This document shows positions 50,604-63,035 of a stretch of DNA of 64,000 nt, piece by piece (within the stretch, counting starts at the first letter, position 1; the number at the start of each line of letters is the position of its first letter). This DNA comes from Podarcis tiliguerta (taxonomy: Eukaryota): the NCBI GenBank assembly GCA_965153285.1, contig OZ229112.1, one strand, 5' to 3'. The translations under genes and the position numbers were made by a program. The notes beneath the pieces are model-generated. The model saw nothing but the letters and a program-made list of their open reading frames with translations, ran no database searches and was not told where the DNA came from.

Positions 50604-53427
50604 AACAAAATATTTTTAGAAAGGGTAGCTAGGGAAGTTGAAATAGAATAATTCAACCTTGATCTCTTGCAGATTCCAGCAGCGGCCTACGCAAGGACAA
50701 AATCAGTGCTCCGCCCGTGTCTTGCCTTTTGTTGTGCTCAATTCATTATGCCATAGTTGTGATGCCCTGCAGCGCCCCCTAGGCTTGTTGCGTGGTGCGG
50801 TGGAACTGGTTGTGCTGCACTAAATCCGCTTCTGCTCATTTGATGTGTCCCTAGATGCAATAGTGGCCCGATCCTGGCAAGCAAGGCTGAGACTAATAAA
50901 ATGACATATCTTCCAATGTCCTCTCACCTTTGTCAGTTATTGCCTTATATAGCATGCAAACAGCTGTCTTTAAACCCTATGGAAAGAGCTCACTTGTGTA
51001 AAAGGATGAAGTGATACTCAAGGAAAGACCACACAATGTCAAGAGGCATAAATAAATATATAAGACTGCTCTCCATAATCAGGCCCTGTCCTCCCTTCTC
51101 AAGGGGAGTAATGTGATCTGAGCATCTAATGTGGGACAGATCCCTGGCAGTCGAGGGCAGGACTCCCTTAAATTTGCTTATATGATATAACCGAGCTGCA
51201 AGAAGCAAAACCATATTAGAATCCGCAAAAAGGAAGGCCTCCCAAGCCTCAGATTGGCCTCATCAGAGGCTTGGTAAACAAGAGGAGCACATTCTGGCTG
51301 TGCTTCTATAGCACAGCCTGCAAAGGCTGGTTGGACAAACTGGGGCAATCTGTAGGTTAATGCAGGGGAGGAGAAGCAAGACATGCGAGCAGGAATGAAG
51401 GATTCAAGGTCTCAGGCAAACTGAATTGGTTTGGCAAAGTTTATTTCTACGTTTGGCCACAACAGACAACAGTAACTACAGTGGATGGGTGTGGGGAGAG
51501 TCCACATCTGGAGAAACACAAACGGCATGTGACGGATGGAAGATTCGTCCCACTGCCAGCCTAATCTTGTGCAGATTTAGGGATTCTTCAGCCAGTGTGC
51601 AAATGCATGCCTACCTTTGCATAGTATCAAACCCCTTTTCATTGATTTCTTCCTCCATAGCTCTGAGAATGGAGAAAAAATATTTTGTGCATTTTAAACA
51701 AGACAAATGTCTGCTGTGTAGACCAGAAGATCTGTTATCTAATCATTTTGCAATGAGCAAGTGATTCCTTTTGCGCTTACGGCGTTCAAAATTAGGCATG
51801 TTTGTCTCAGCTAATGCTGGTCACTGATCTGAGGACTGGGGTTAAGCTGCTATGTTGTTCATATCTACCCCCCCCCCCCACACTTGAATAGCTTTCTTAT
51901 TTGCATTTGAAATTTATAACTCTGGCCACCATGCCGACATAAGCCAAACCTGAATTTTCTGCTTGAAATCTCTGCTGAATTTTGCCTTGTGTCGTCCTTT
52001 ATATAAAGGCTGGGGGAGAAATGTGATTCAGTTTGCAAACCTACACAATGGTGTCCTTTACGAAATAATGCACGAACTGAAAAACAGCCATCCTTCAACA
52101 GTTGTGCTTCTCTGAATTTTGCAATGCTGTTCTCTAGCCAATTTTTGCATGGTCGTGGTACGGGAAATTGTTGAAGTTATATAGCAGCAATCCAGTGAGT
52201 TCAGCTACTTTATACATTACCTCAGAGGTGGGGAACTTTTTCTTCTCCAAACACCATATTCCCTTGGGGGTGATATGTTGGGGGCCACACGGTGGGTGGG
52301 GCTGAAGCCAGCAGTGGGTGGAGCCAAATCTAAAAGTGGGGACTGCCAGCTTTTCACTTTATTTCTCTGTCCACCCCTGCATTGTGTCCATCATGTGAAG
52401 TAGCTGACAGGTTGTCTTTTTTCTAGTTCAATGTTTAAAATGGTGGGGTTAAGTTGTTTTTTTAGGCGGGGAGATACACAGTCCATTGGCAGGTGGTCCT
52501 AAATGTTTTGAGTGATACTGGGCTTCCAGTAAGATATACTTTAAAAACACTGACAGAGTCTGGCTCACATTACACCCTGAATATTGAAAAGAAAAGTTCA
52601 TGTGCTCAAGCAAGAAGAAAGAACGACCAATTTATATTTCCATCAGCAATATTGTAGTACCAAAAAGTAGCTTCCACATATCTGGAATGAAAGGTTAATG
52701 CTTGAGCTCTGGTGCTTCTCTTTTTAGAAATTAAGTAATGCCTGTTATCCACCCCCCAATCTTCAGAACAGAGCAGGAATTCCCAAAGGCAAGTGCTTAA
52801 ACCAAATCCTATAATCATAAGCACCTGCCTAGAGTTTTAAGTGGTGTTCTGAAAAAAAATTATGCTTTCTTCCACATGGGGGCTACACAGAATTCTCTTT
52901 TCAAAAAGTTCCTCAACCACCACAGCTCTCTGCTGGGTCCAGGGCAGCCCTTGCTTTGAAAAACTGCAAAGCTGGCCAAATTCCAGGATGTTTTGGGCCT
53001 TGGGCAATGGACCTGGAACAGTTCCCATCGCAGCCATACATGCTGGCGGGCATGTGGCCAAGGTCTGAGCAAAGTTGGCATGGCAGAAACGGCTCTGGCA
53101 GTTTGCTACAGCATGAAATTTCTTCCATCCCTTTTGTAGCCAGTATAAAGATTTATGAAAATGTAGCCAGGAGGGCTCTTCCACAAAGTGAATGGCAGTG
53201 CTGGGTTGCCTAAGTGTTGGGACCAATAGGATTAGCAAGAACAAACCTGGTGGGTCTGAGGTGGAGTGGGTCAGGGGGTGACCTGGAAGAATCTGGTAGA
53301 TCAGGAGTGTGTGGTTGTTGAGCTGCGACTACTAGATTCAGGCTCTGGGCTGGTGCAAGACAATCATTAAAAGGCTGAAAGCAAAACAAAAAACATGTTC
53401 TAATTGTTTGCGCCTAAGATAAACTCT

Positions 53428-53674
53428 TTCCAGCCAACCTAGCAGTTCGAAAGCACGTCAAAGTGCGAATAGATAAATAGGTACCGCTCCGGCGGGAAGG
53501 TAAACTGAGTTTCTGTGCACTGCTGTGGTTCGCCAGAAGCGGCTTAGGCATGCTGGCCACATGACCTGGAAGCTGTACGCCGGCTCCCTTGGCCAATAAA
53601 GCGAGATGAGCGCCGCAACCCCAGAGTCATCCACGACTGGACCTTACGGTCAGGGGTCCCTTTACCTTTACCTT
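53428..53674 (+). mobile_element. Sauria SINE, 5'-truncated
   Basis: 13-bp TSD TAAGATAAACTCT; (ACCTTT)n tail. Confidence 0.93.
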
Positions 53675-55058
53675 TAAGATAAACTCTAAATGGCTAAGGG
53701 GTGTTGGAGCTCACCTCTTCACTTAATTTTACCTTATTGCCAGTTTTGCTGGCAGATATTTGCTTGTTCTGGGCCTTTTGGAACACAAGTTGTCTCTTTG
53801 CCTTCTTTCTGAGAGAAGGGATTTATTTTTATTTCTTTTTGCTTTGAGCAGGTCCCTCCTTACTTTTATTAGTTATGCTGCCTGCTCTTGGCCATTTTTT
53901 CTGAGCCAGCCATTTTTTGGCCTGGCTACTTGACTCATGAACAGTTTTTAATAGATGCGGGTTTTTTAAATTCCCTAAGATCCCTTAAATTTATTAGAAT
54001 GATCTGTTTGTTCCCCTGTGAGGCTCAAACTTCACTCTTCTAATTTTAAACATTCTTTCTCTATTTTAACCTGAACTGAACAATAACAGATCAACAAGCA
54101 ACAGGTTTCACATTTACATTTAGGACCTAATGATGACTAAACAAAAATCTCTTTATGTCATTTTCTTTTGCAAAAAGAAGGCAAGTTGAGTTTTCTCCCT
54201 GCACTGGTTGTCCAATGTAAATTCCACAATGTGAATCACACACACCTGTCTCTGCTATTGTTCTTCCTTGTGGAGGAAAACCTTTCTGCTAAAAGAAAAG
54301 ATATCAGGCAATCCATGCACTTATCCCACACTATTTTGCTTAGCTCAGAGGATGAAGCCCTCAGATGATTATTACCTGCTTGGAAATTCACTTGAATTGG
54401 TTAATAGCTACTGTTTCATTTCAAGGGATGTAAACCAGATTTTTAAAAGAAACAAACAAACATGGGGGCTTACCAATGTTTATTCTAGTTCAGTTCAGGT
54501 TCAGGTTCAGCAGGTGGGGCATAATTCTGGTTTAATCACTGGTTCAGTTTTTAACAAACTGAATTGATTTAGCCCCTCCAGGTTCTGGTGGAAATGTAAT
54601 CTGTTTTAGAGACTGCAGCCTCCTCTGATGAACAGAGGACCTCTTTTAAAATGTGGTGCTGTTTTGTGCTTTCATTTTGAAGCAAGGGTTTTACCTGTCT
54701 GAATTCGTGTTTTAAATTTTCCCATCATCTGTCAACTGTAATTTGAAGCTAAATCGCTTTATGCATGCATTTATGTGGCTGCACTTAATTTCTCATGCAG
54801 AAATGCGCAGTGTTGGAACTTGTAAATTCAGTTCATCCAATCTAGGGAAAAGGCTAAAGTGGGGAATACAGGAAACAGCTAACTGAAAGATTTTGGAAAT
54901 CTAAAAAAATTGAGTAAGATCCCTGCAAGAAACAAAGTTTCTGCAGATAATTTGAGATGACAACACTCATATATCTTTGGAGAATTCAAGGCTTTAATAA
55001 CACCCAACTGAAAATGGTGAAATGTAATCTGTATCAGATCTGATTTGTGGATGTTCAG

Positions 55059-55194
55059 CAGGGCTTTCTTTCAGTCGCAACTCACCGGAACTCCGTTCCG
55101 GCACCTCTCAGGTGGGTGCTGTTGCCATTATAGGAGAACAAGGGAGGTGTTCATGGTGAGTTCCAGCACCTCTTTTTCTAGTAAAATAGCACTG
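55059..55194. mobile_element. hAT MITE, 136 bp
   Basis: CAGGGCT...AGCACTG termini; perfect 8-bp TSD ATGTTCAG. Confidence 0.85.
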
Positions 55195-56898
55195 ATGTTC
55201 AGGTTATTGCAATTAGGTTTTTTTAATTCCATGATTTCAACTCTTGAATATTTGTTTGTCTTTGTATTGTACCACATTTTGTTTTTAACTTTAAATAAAA
55301 GTTACAAAGCTTTAAACATAATTTTAGAACTTTAATACACATAAAAATAAGCAACTAAAGCACCAAGGAAAATTTACTTTAATCCAAGTATTGAAAGAAG
55401 CAATGATGTATCAGTAATGATTTAGTTGTGTCGCTAATGCAAAAGGAAGGGACCCAAAGAAGGTCTGATCCCCTAATTGTCCCTAATCCCTTAATTACAT
55501 CTGCAAAAATAAAAATCTAAATCCCATGAACACTGTGCCTTAAAGGTTGCAGCTAGGGATTGAAACGTATTATTCTGTTGTTGCCTGCAGTATGCACAGG
55601 TCAGGTCAATTTTCTTTCTTCCCTTTGGCTCAGCTTGTTATACATCCAGGATACATCTGTGGCCAAATGTAGCACTGAAGTTCCCTTGCAGTTGAGAACA
55701 TTACGCTCAGAATCAATTTGGCTCACTCCTTCAAGAACGAGGCAATGTGCATAATTACTCTTTCAAAAATTAACAAACCATCCCATTTCTTGTCAGTAGT
55801 AGGCTGACATTAGAGAGGTGAGGCCTGTTTTTGCCTCTAGGCTCTCAAAGCATAGCTTGATCGAAAATTGTGAGATGATTGAAGATGACATCAGCCTGTT
55901 GTAACTGGAAATGTGCCCCCCAGCAGTAGTAGCAGCTGTCATCGCTGCGTCCATATATGTGTTTATGTTTTCAATGGAAATCTGATGGGCCTTGTTTGGT
56001 ATTTGTAGAGACATCAGACTGTTGGGAGGAACTGTGGGAGACAAGAGTGAACATGTGAGCTCCTTGTCATCACAGCAATGGATCACTGTGGATTCCTAAT
56101 TGCCTCAGATATATATATGAAAAACCGTAGTGTGCAATATTGCGACTTGTGCTGTGCTGAAAGCCATCCTTCCGTCTCTTTCTTCTGTTTTCAAATAAAA
56201 AAAATTATTAGAAATTTTAAGAAACATAATACAAACAATTCAGTACATCCAAAGAAATCCAAGAAAAAAGATATAGGGGGTGAGGAACCAGTGAGAGGAA
56301 AGAGGAGCATGGAAACATATGCTACACAACAGTCCATTTTGGTTTTATGCCAGGATTGTAACATTTTCTATATTAACTCTCGTATACTTCAAAGCTGTAA
56401 AAACCAAACAGTGAAATGGAAATGTCAGATAATGGAAGAAGTCAGGAATTGTGAGGACCACAATCTTGCATAAGCTAACAGTGGAGACCTTCTGTGCTCC
56501 TTCCTGTTTGCATAATCAGTAATGCAATAATGAGAAATGGTTTGCAGAATCTGAATCATGACACAAGAATCTTGGCCAATTCAAAGGTAAGTTAAGAGCA
56601 ACAAAAACCCTACACCCGACTCATGAGAATTTCACAGAATTTCATGTCATGGAGCATGAAACTCTAGATGTTGTTGGAATCCACCCCATAGCATCCCTGG
56701 CCATTGGCCATGCTGACTGGGGCTGGTAGGAGGTATAGTTCAACAACATCTGGAGGGCCACAGATTCCCTGTACCATCCTGGGCATGACCCTTAATTCAC
56801 ATTAGAAAATTTATCGTGTGAGTTCAAATCTCTCTCAGGTTGTAGCAATTTGATTCTGTTCATAAAAGAAACAGAAGTGGGACCCAGAGCCCAACTAT

Positions 56899-58158
56899 GA
56901 CCACCGCCTTGCCGACGTGGGGATCCAGGGCACAGTCCTTCAATGGCTGCGCTCGTTTCTCTCCGGTCGGGGACAGAGGGTGGCGCTTGGGGGGGAATTG
57001 TCATCGCGCCACTCCTTGGTGTGTGGAGTGCCCCAGGGTGCGATACTCTCCCCGATGCTTTTTAACATCTTTATGCGCCCCCTCGCCCAGCTTGTCCGGA
57101 GTTTTGGGCTGGGCTGCCATCAGTATGCTGATGACACCCAACTCTATCTGTTGATGGATGGCCACCCTGACTCGGCCCCAGACACACTGACCAGATGCTT
57201 GGAAGCTGTGGCTGGATGGTTACGTGGGAGCCGGTTGAAGTTAAATCCTTCGAAGACAGAGGTCCTCTGGCTGGGACGGGACGATATGGGATTGAGGGGG
57301 CAACTCCCATCTCTAGCGGGGGTGCAATTAGTGCCAGCACCGTCCGTTAAGAGTTTGGGTGTAATCTTCGACACCTCCCTCTCCATGGAGGCGCAGATTG
57401 CAGCTATAACAAAGGCGGCATTTTTTCATCTCCGCCAAGCTAAGCAGTTGGCTCCTTACCTCTCTCGCCCTGACCTAGCCACTGTGATCCATGCGACGGT
57501 CACCTCCAGACTGGATTATTGTAACTCGCTCTACGTGGGGCTGCCCTTGAGACTGACCCAGAAACTCCAGAGGGTGCAGAATGCCGCAGCGAGACTCCTT
57601 ACAGGGTCTTCACTGCGAGATCACATTCATCCGGTGCTATACCAGCTGCACTGGCTCCCGGTGGAGTACAGGATCAGGTTTAAGGTGCTGGTTTTAACCT
57701 TTAAAGCCCTATACGGCCTAGGACCCTCGTACCTACGGCACCGCCTCTCCTGGTATGCCCCACAGAGAAACCTACGCTCGTCAAATAAAAACATCCTGAA
57801 GGTCCCAGGCCTCAGAGAGGTTAGGCTGGCCTCAACTAGAGCCAGGGCTTTCTCGGCTGCGGCTCCAATCTGGTGGAACGCTCTGTCACAAGAGACTAGG
57901 GCCCTGCGGGACCTGACATCTTTCCGCAGAGCCTGCAAGACAGAGTTGTTCCACCAGGCCTTTGGTCAGGTCCCAGCCTGACTCCCTCCTCTGGCAACCT
58001 GCACAGAATTTTGCTCAACGGTTGCCATTAATTTGACTTTAATTAATTTTTATAATGGAATGTTTTTAGAGTGTTTGATTATTTGATTGTTTGATTATTT
58101 AATTGTTGTTAGCCGCCCTGAGCCCAGCTTCGGCTGGGGAGGGCGGGATATAAATAAA

Positions 58159-58189
<31 letters not shown>
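56899..58189 (+). mobile_element. 5'-truncated young L2-clade LINE
   Basis: Open RT frame; 3' UTR hairpin CCCAGCTTCGGCTGGG; (TTA)n tail at 58160-58189. Confidence 0.93.
56917..57981 (+). CDS. L2 ORF2 C-terminal part (reverse transcriptase), 354 aa open frame, N-terminally truncated
   Basis: GVPQGAILSPMLFN, HQYADDTQLY, LKLNPSKTE, SRLDYCNSL, LHWLPV. Confidence 0.9.
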   Translation: MGIQGTVLQWLRSFLSGRGQRVALGGELSSRHSLVCGVPQGAILSPMLFNIFMRPLAQLVRSFGLGCHQYADDTQLYLLMDGHPDSAPDTLTRCLEAVAGWLRGSRLKLNPSKTEVLWLGRDDMGLRGQLPSLAGVQLVPAPSVKSLGVIFDTSLSMEAQIAAITKAAFFHLRQAKQLAPYLSRPDLATVIHATVTSRLDYCNSLYVGLPLRLTQKLQRVQNAAARLLTGSSLRDHIHPVLYQLHWLPVEYRIRFKVLVLTFKALYGLGPSYLRHRLSWYAPQRNLRSSNKNILKVPGLREVRLASTRARAFSAAAPIWWNALSQETRALRDLTSFRRACKTELFHQAFGQVPA

Positions 58190-59139
58190 GGGCTAGATTC
58201 AACTAACCCATTCTACTAGCAGAAGCCAGCATAAGGACTCCCACCAGTACAAGGGGGCTTTCTCCTGTCTTCTCTCCCATGCACCCTGTACTTCCTCCCT
58301 AATCTGCTCTGGAAGACCAGGAGAACCCCCAAAACAGTGCTCCCAGGGAGGAAATGGGAGATAGTTGCACTGATCAAGTGATCTCCTTGACGCTACAATG
58401 ATTTCCACCCATTGACTCCAACTATGGCATCTAAAGGGGCTCTGAACAGTATGCATTGCAAGATAAATAAAAAGGGCCTCTCAACACTTTATGTAAAGCT
58501 CAAGCGTTTTGGTTATCTTTTCTAAAAAGCCCGTTCCTAAAAAGGGAACTGTATTTGCTCAAGGGACCCAGATCATGTGACCAAGACAAATGGTATTCAG
58601 TAGGTGTGAACATGTTCTTTAAGCCAAAATTTTGAAAGAGCTGCCATGAACTTTGCTGCCCGTCACGCTGATATGAGCCTTGGGTGTAACAGGAATGAAG
58701 GAATGGCTTTATGCCATATCGATGTTGGATATGAGACATCACCTATGACCAGAAAACTGTGTGAACAGTGAGAACATCACGTTTTGCATCTGTGTATCCC
58801 AAGCCCCACCAAAGTGAAAAAAAAGTCTTACTGACATTTTTCTTCATAAGATAGCTAAAAGTACCTTAATGAGACATGGATTCCTTCTCTTAATTATGTA
58901 GACTCTAAAAAGGAGTCATTTTCAGGACCATAATGTTTGAAAACTATCTACTCAGTAATCTATTTCAGTTGACCTACACTAAGAATGCTGATATCTGTCA
59001 GATCTGACCATGTTTAGAAGTGTAGTCTCATTAGGTATTAAAATACTACTTCTTAAGAGGACTGAATAAACTGATTCTGATTTTGTCACCTGCATTTAAA
59101 ATCTTTTCTCAATTTATTTGACCATTATTTTATTATCTG

Positions 59140-59418
59140 GTTGTGGAGTCCCTAAGATGGCTGGATGGTGCTTTGTATGCCTCCTTCCAGCAACTCCTGC
59201 AGCCAAGCTGGTGCCAACCGTATTGCTCTGCTTTCCTTTGGACCACATCAGTGAGGCCGAGAGAGGGGTCTTGTCATCTGGGCAGCCCAGGACCTCCATA
59301 CACACTGCCCAGGCTTGTGCCCTGGGAAGGTCACTTTGATGCTGCTAACACAGCAGTCTGACTTCATCCCCAGAGGCACACTCCACTGTCTCTCTCTCTC
59401 TTGAGATGAATGCCAACA
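59140..59418 (-). mobile_element. Second copy of the RTE-5'UTR-like short element, shorter internally
   Basis: Aligns by eye to 37985-38312. Confidence 0.55.
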
Positions 59419-61499
59419 ACCCAACCCGTTTTTTTGCATGTAAAATTTTGAAAGAAGATTTTTTTTGTTTTTTTAAAAAAACTATAGATAAACTAAAATA
59501 GTGATTTCTCACATCTCACTTAAAAAATTAAAAGCAACAACTCTGATACCCAGCAATGTAGTTACACTAAAATCAATGGGATGTAAGTGAGTTGCAACTA
59601 ATACAACTAATTTCCACTGGATTGGAGCTCTCATATCTGGGTGCAGAAAGCAGAAGTTTTCCAAGGACGTGGCTTCCAAGCCAGCTTCTTGAAAGCAGGT
59701 ACTTCTCTTTGAAACAAACCTCTGCCTGCCTCATATTTTTTTGAGAAACAGTGCTTGGTCAAAATGGCAAACAATACAAATCTCTTTCTCAATGATATGC
59801 TTCTTTTTTATCTTTAGTACCTTGAAGCAGCCTTGACCAACCTGGTGCATTGCAATTCCTGTCCTGGTTGAAGATGATTGAAGCTGTAGTCCACCAAGTT
59901 GGTGAAGGCTGCCCTCAGAGTGTATGGCAAGGCTGAAAGCTAAGTGGTGAGCTATTTAGCTTGCAGCTTCAGGCCAATTTTGTGCATCACCAAGCACTGA
60001 GGTAAGAATGGGGGACCCATGGCCCTCCAGATTTTGCGTAACTACAACTCCCATCGGCCTCAGCCAGCATGGCCAATAGTCAGGGCTGATGGGAACTGCA
60101 GTCCAACAACATCTGGAAGGCCAATGTCACCCACCCCTGCACTAAGCCATGTTGAGGTTTTCCCTTGAAAAGGGTTCCTTGTTGGCAAAAACATCCAGCA
60201 TAACTTCTCCGAAAATATTTTGGGAATGAGATGTCGCCCATATTTAGTTTACATCCTTGCTCATGCTGTGTAAGGAGTTTAGGAAATTGGTCTGAAGGGC
60301 ATCTGTATGTACTGAGATGTCATAGTAATTGAAAGACTGGAAACCTAAATGCCGTGAAAGTGATGGCTTGATGTGCTGACAGGCTCTTTGCTACGTTTCC
60401 CACGCAGTTTTGCCAGCACATACCTTAAAGGCTGCTCTGTGAGATATTTGCTTTTCAAGCACTTGTTTTCCTTATAAACAATGAGTAGCAGTGCCAGATT
60501 TTTTTGGTGCCCTCAGGACCCTTCATGTTGTAACTCTTTCCTATTTCATTCATCTTCTCATTTATCACTGAGTGTGCGGTAGAGTACATACCTACATGTC
60601 CACGTTGTTTGAACTTGGCGCACAGCTGTGCTGAGCTATCCGCGTTCTTCAACCTTGGACCTCAGAAATTGTTGGATTACAACTCTCATCATACCTGACT
60701 ATTGTTTCAGCTGATGGAGTATGGTGGGAGGGGGAATTGTAGTCCAAGAATATCTGGGGACCCAATGTTGAAGGACACTGCTCTAGATTGATGTTCAGAT
60801 AGTGATTGAACAAAACACAGAAATATATATTTGCTTTTGCAAGGTGGATTTAGAACGAATGCACGCACACATATTTGCACATAGTCAAAATTGACTACAC
60901 CCTAATTTGTACGAGAAGAAATTCTGATGAGGGTATATACTGAAATACCCACCCAGAATACCTATAGCAACGTTCAATCATTTGGTACCCATGAGTATCT
61001 GTGAGTTTTCCTGGCAGACAGCGCTGGATATCACCTGTTGTTAAAAAGAAGATGATGACCATATGCTAGGTTAGACTTTATATAGCAGCTGAATTTACTG
61101 CCTGCTGACCTCAGTATCTGGCAAGCTCCATAATATCTAGAGGAGGAGTGCATTTCCATAAGTACATGAAAAGAGATGATGGACAGTCCTTTCAGACCGA
61201 GACAAAAAACAAAACAAACACAAATTCATTTACTGCATAAAGTGTAAATTGGCTCTGATACTTGCCTTTCATAGTCAGTAACAGACACTCTTAAACTAGT
61301 TTAAGAGTGCTCTCAGCATCAGAGAATTGTCAGCATCCATTTCAAACTACAGTTCCCAGGATTCTTTGGGTGAAGCCATGACAATGAAAATGGTATAAAG
61401 CCCATAGAAGATCGCAGCATAAGATACCTATCAAGAGTTTCCTGACATCCTTCTGCTTTTAAAAATTAGGAATATGACTTGACTTTTGCCACATGGACT

Positions 61500-62071
61500 T
61501 ATTATGTGAGGTCTTCAAAAGACTTTTGTGGCAGCCCAGCAGCCCAGCGTAAACAAAGGCAAAACTCTTTCTTGAAACCTTGCTGCAAAAACAACGGTTT
61601 ACTGTGAACTTATCATTCAGCTTTGAAAATAATTGCCAAGCATTCTGTCTTCAATAAAAGGCTGTTTCACTGCAATTCCCTCCATGAGATCATGTTCATA
61701 AATTTGAACCAAAATGTCAAAACATTCTTTGACCAAAAGGCTGGTTTTTGGGACACACGTAGAGAGCAGCTTGCAGGAGGTAGGCTTATAACTTGTGCTT
61801 TGGCACCAGAGCTTGCTCACGGAAAGGGGATTTTCCAAACTGGAATTGGCAAAGGGCTTCTATGGACTAATATACATCAAGTGCTTGTCATCTACCTAAG
61901 GGTCAGGTTCAAGCAGAGGTCTCAAGTCTGCCTGGATCAAACTCCTCTCTTGGTAGCCATCATTGAGCTGCATCACTTGAGCTCATAGTTCAGTCACGTC
62001 TTGTAGATACTGAAATACTCAAAAGAAACCACAGACATACTCATCTGGTATTAGAGAGGTCCAGGTAAGTC
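61500..62071 (-). pseudogene. Best-preserved pseudo-exon of the candidate dynein heavy chain
   Basis: Acceptor TTTTGTTAG|G at 62072; upstream donor CTAG|GTAAGT at 62156 (85-bp intron); one ~150-codon frame with stops at 62019, 61983, 61896, 61860 and 61617. Confidence 0.55.
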
Positions 62072-62959
62072 CTAACAAAAATCACAATGAATGAGAGGAC
62101 TGGAAAATCACAATTTTTCACTGAAAGGTTTATATTTCACTTAGTCAGGCACTTACCTAGATGGGCTCCATACTAAATCAAAATATGTTACTGTTCTAAA
62201 TATTTTAATTATGCTCCTGACATTGTTAAAAAGCAAGAGGATTTCTGATCTGGATTAAAATCTGACCCAGAGAACAATTTCTGGTTTAACTCCTCCTATC
62301 CTGGCTAATCCCCTCCAATCCATCCTGATCACCTCTCCCTCTTCCTTTTAAACTTCATCTGGGCTGGTTAGTGATGATTTCCCCCTCACTACCTAGATGC
62401 CCTGGTGTGTTGCATAGATGAAGATTCTGAAATCAGATAAGCCAAGCAATTGCCTCCCCCCCCCCCCGACATAACCTGGCTCAGGAGAAGTTACTAATCT
62501 CTAGTGAAACTGTTCAGATGTTGCTATGAGGGGTAGACCACAGAACATTGAGGGGAAAAGAACATCATCTCTGGATATAGAAATCACAGGTTTCTGAAGG
62601 CGACTCAACATTGGTGATGAATTTAGCACAAAGCATGGATGAAGGCACTGTTCATACTTCTCCTCTGCTTAAGCTTGCTGAAATCCAAAGGCAGTCAGCA
62701 GGGACTGGAAGTAGGCCAAAGATGTGATTCATTTGGTCCCACTCCCCCATACATGCCTCCAACACTTCATGGAAAGGAACTCTTTGCCATCCATATTCTA
62801 GATGACCAAAAGAATATTTTTTGAAGCAGCAACATTTAGCGAACATTAAAGCACTCTTTGGCTGCCATATGTGTGCCTGTGTAGTCACTGTATGAAAAAG
62901 CCTATTTGTTTCAGCTGTTTGTTTACTAAAGAGCCCCAGTTCTCAGCCTTGGGGCCAAA

Positions 62960-63035
62960 CTTGGTGTTGAACAGGTCTTACTGCCAGAAAGTTCTTCCTG
63001 ATGTTTAGTTGGAATGTCCTTTCTTGTAACTTGTA
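62960..63035 (-). mobile_element. CR1 ORF2 3' fragment
   Basis: Reverse complement CTAAACATCAGGAAGAACTTTCTG (LNIRKNFL). Confidence 0.6.

Noticed and set aside
50765-50785. CTCF-like CTAGGGGGCGCTG on the minus strand
   Set aside because: The 5' part of the core motif mismatches; no supporting context.
60924-60950. Hammerhead-like CTGATGA...GAAA
   Set aside because: Stem II lacks the closing G-C pair, and I could not build stems I and III.
61623-61988. 121-aa plus-strand ORF
   Set aside because: Exact antisense frame of the minus-strand dynein-like pseudo-exon; better explained as a shadow.
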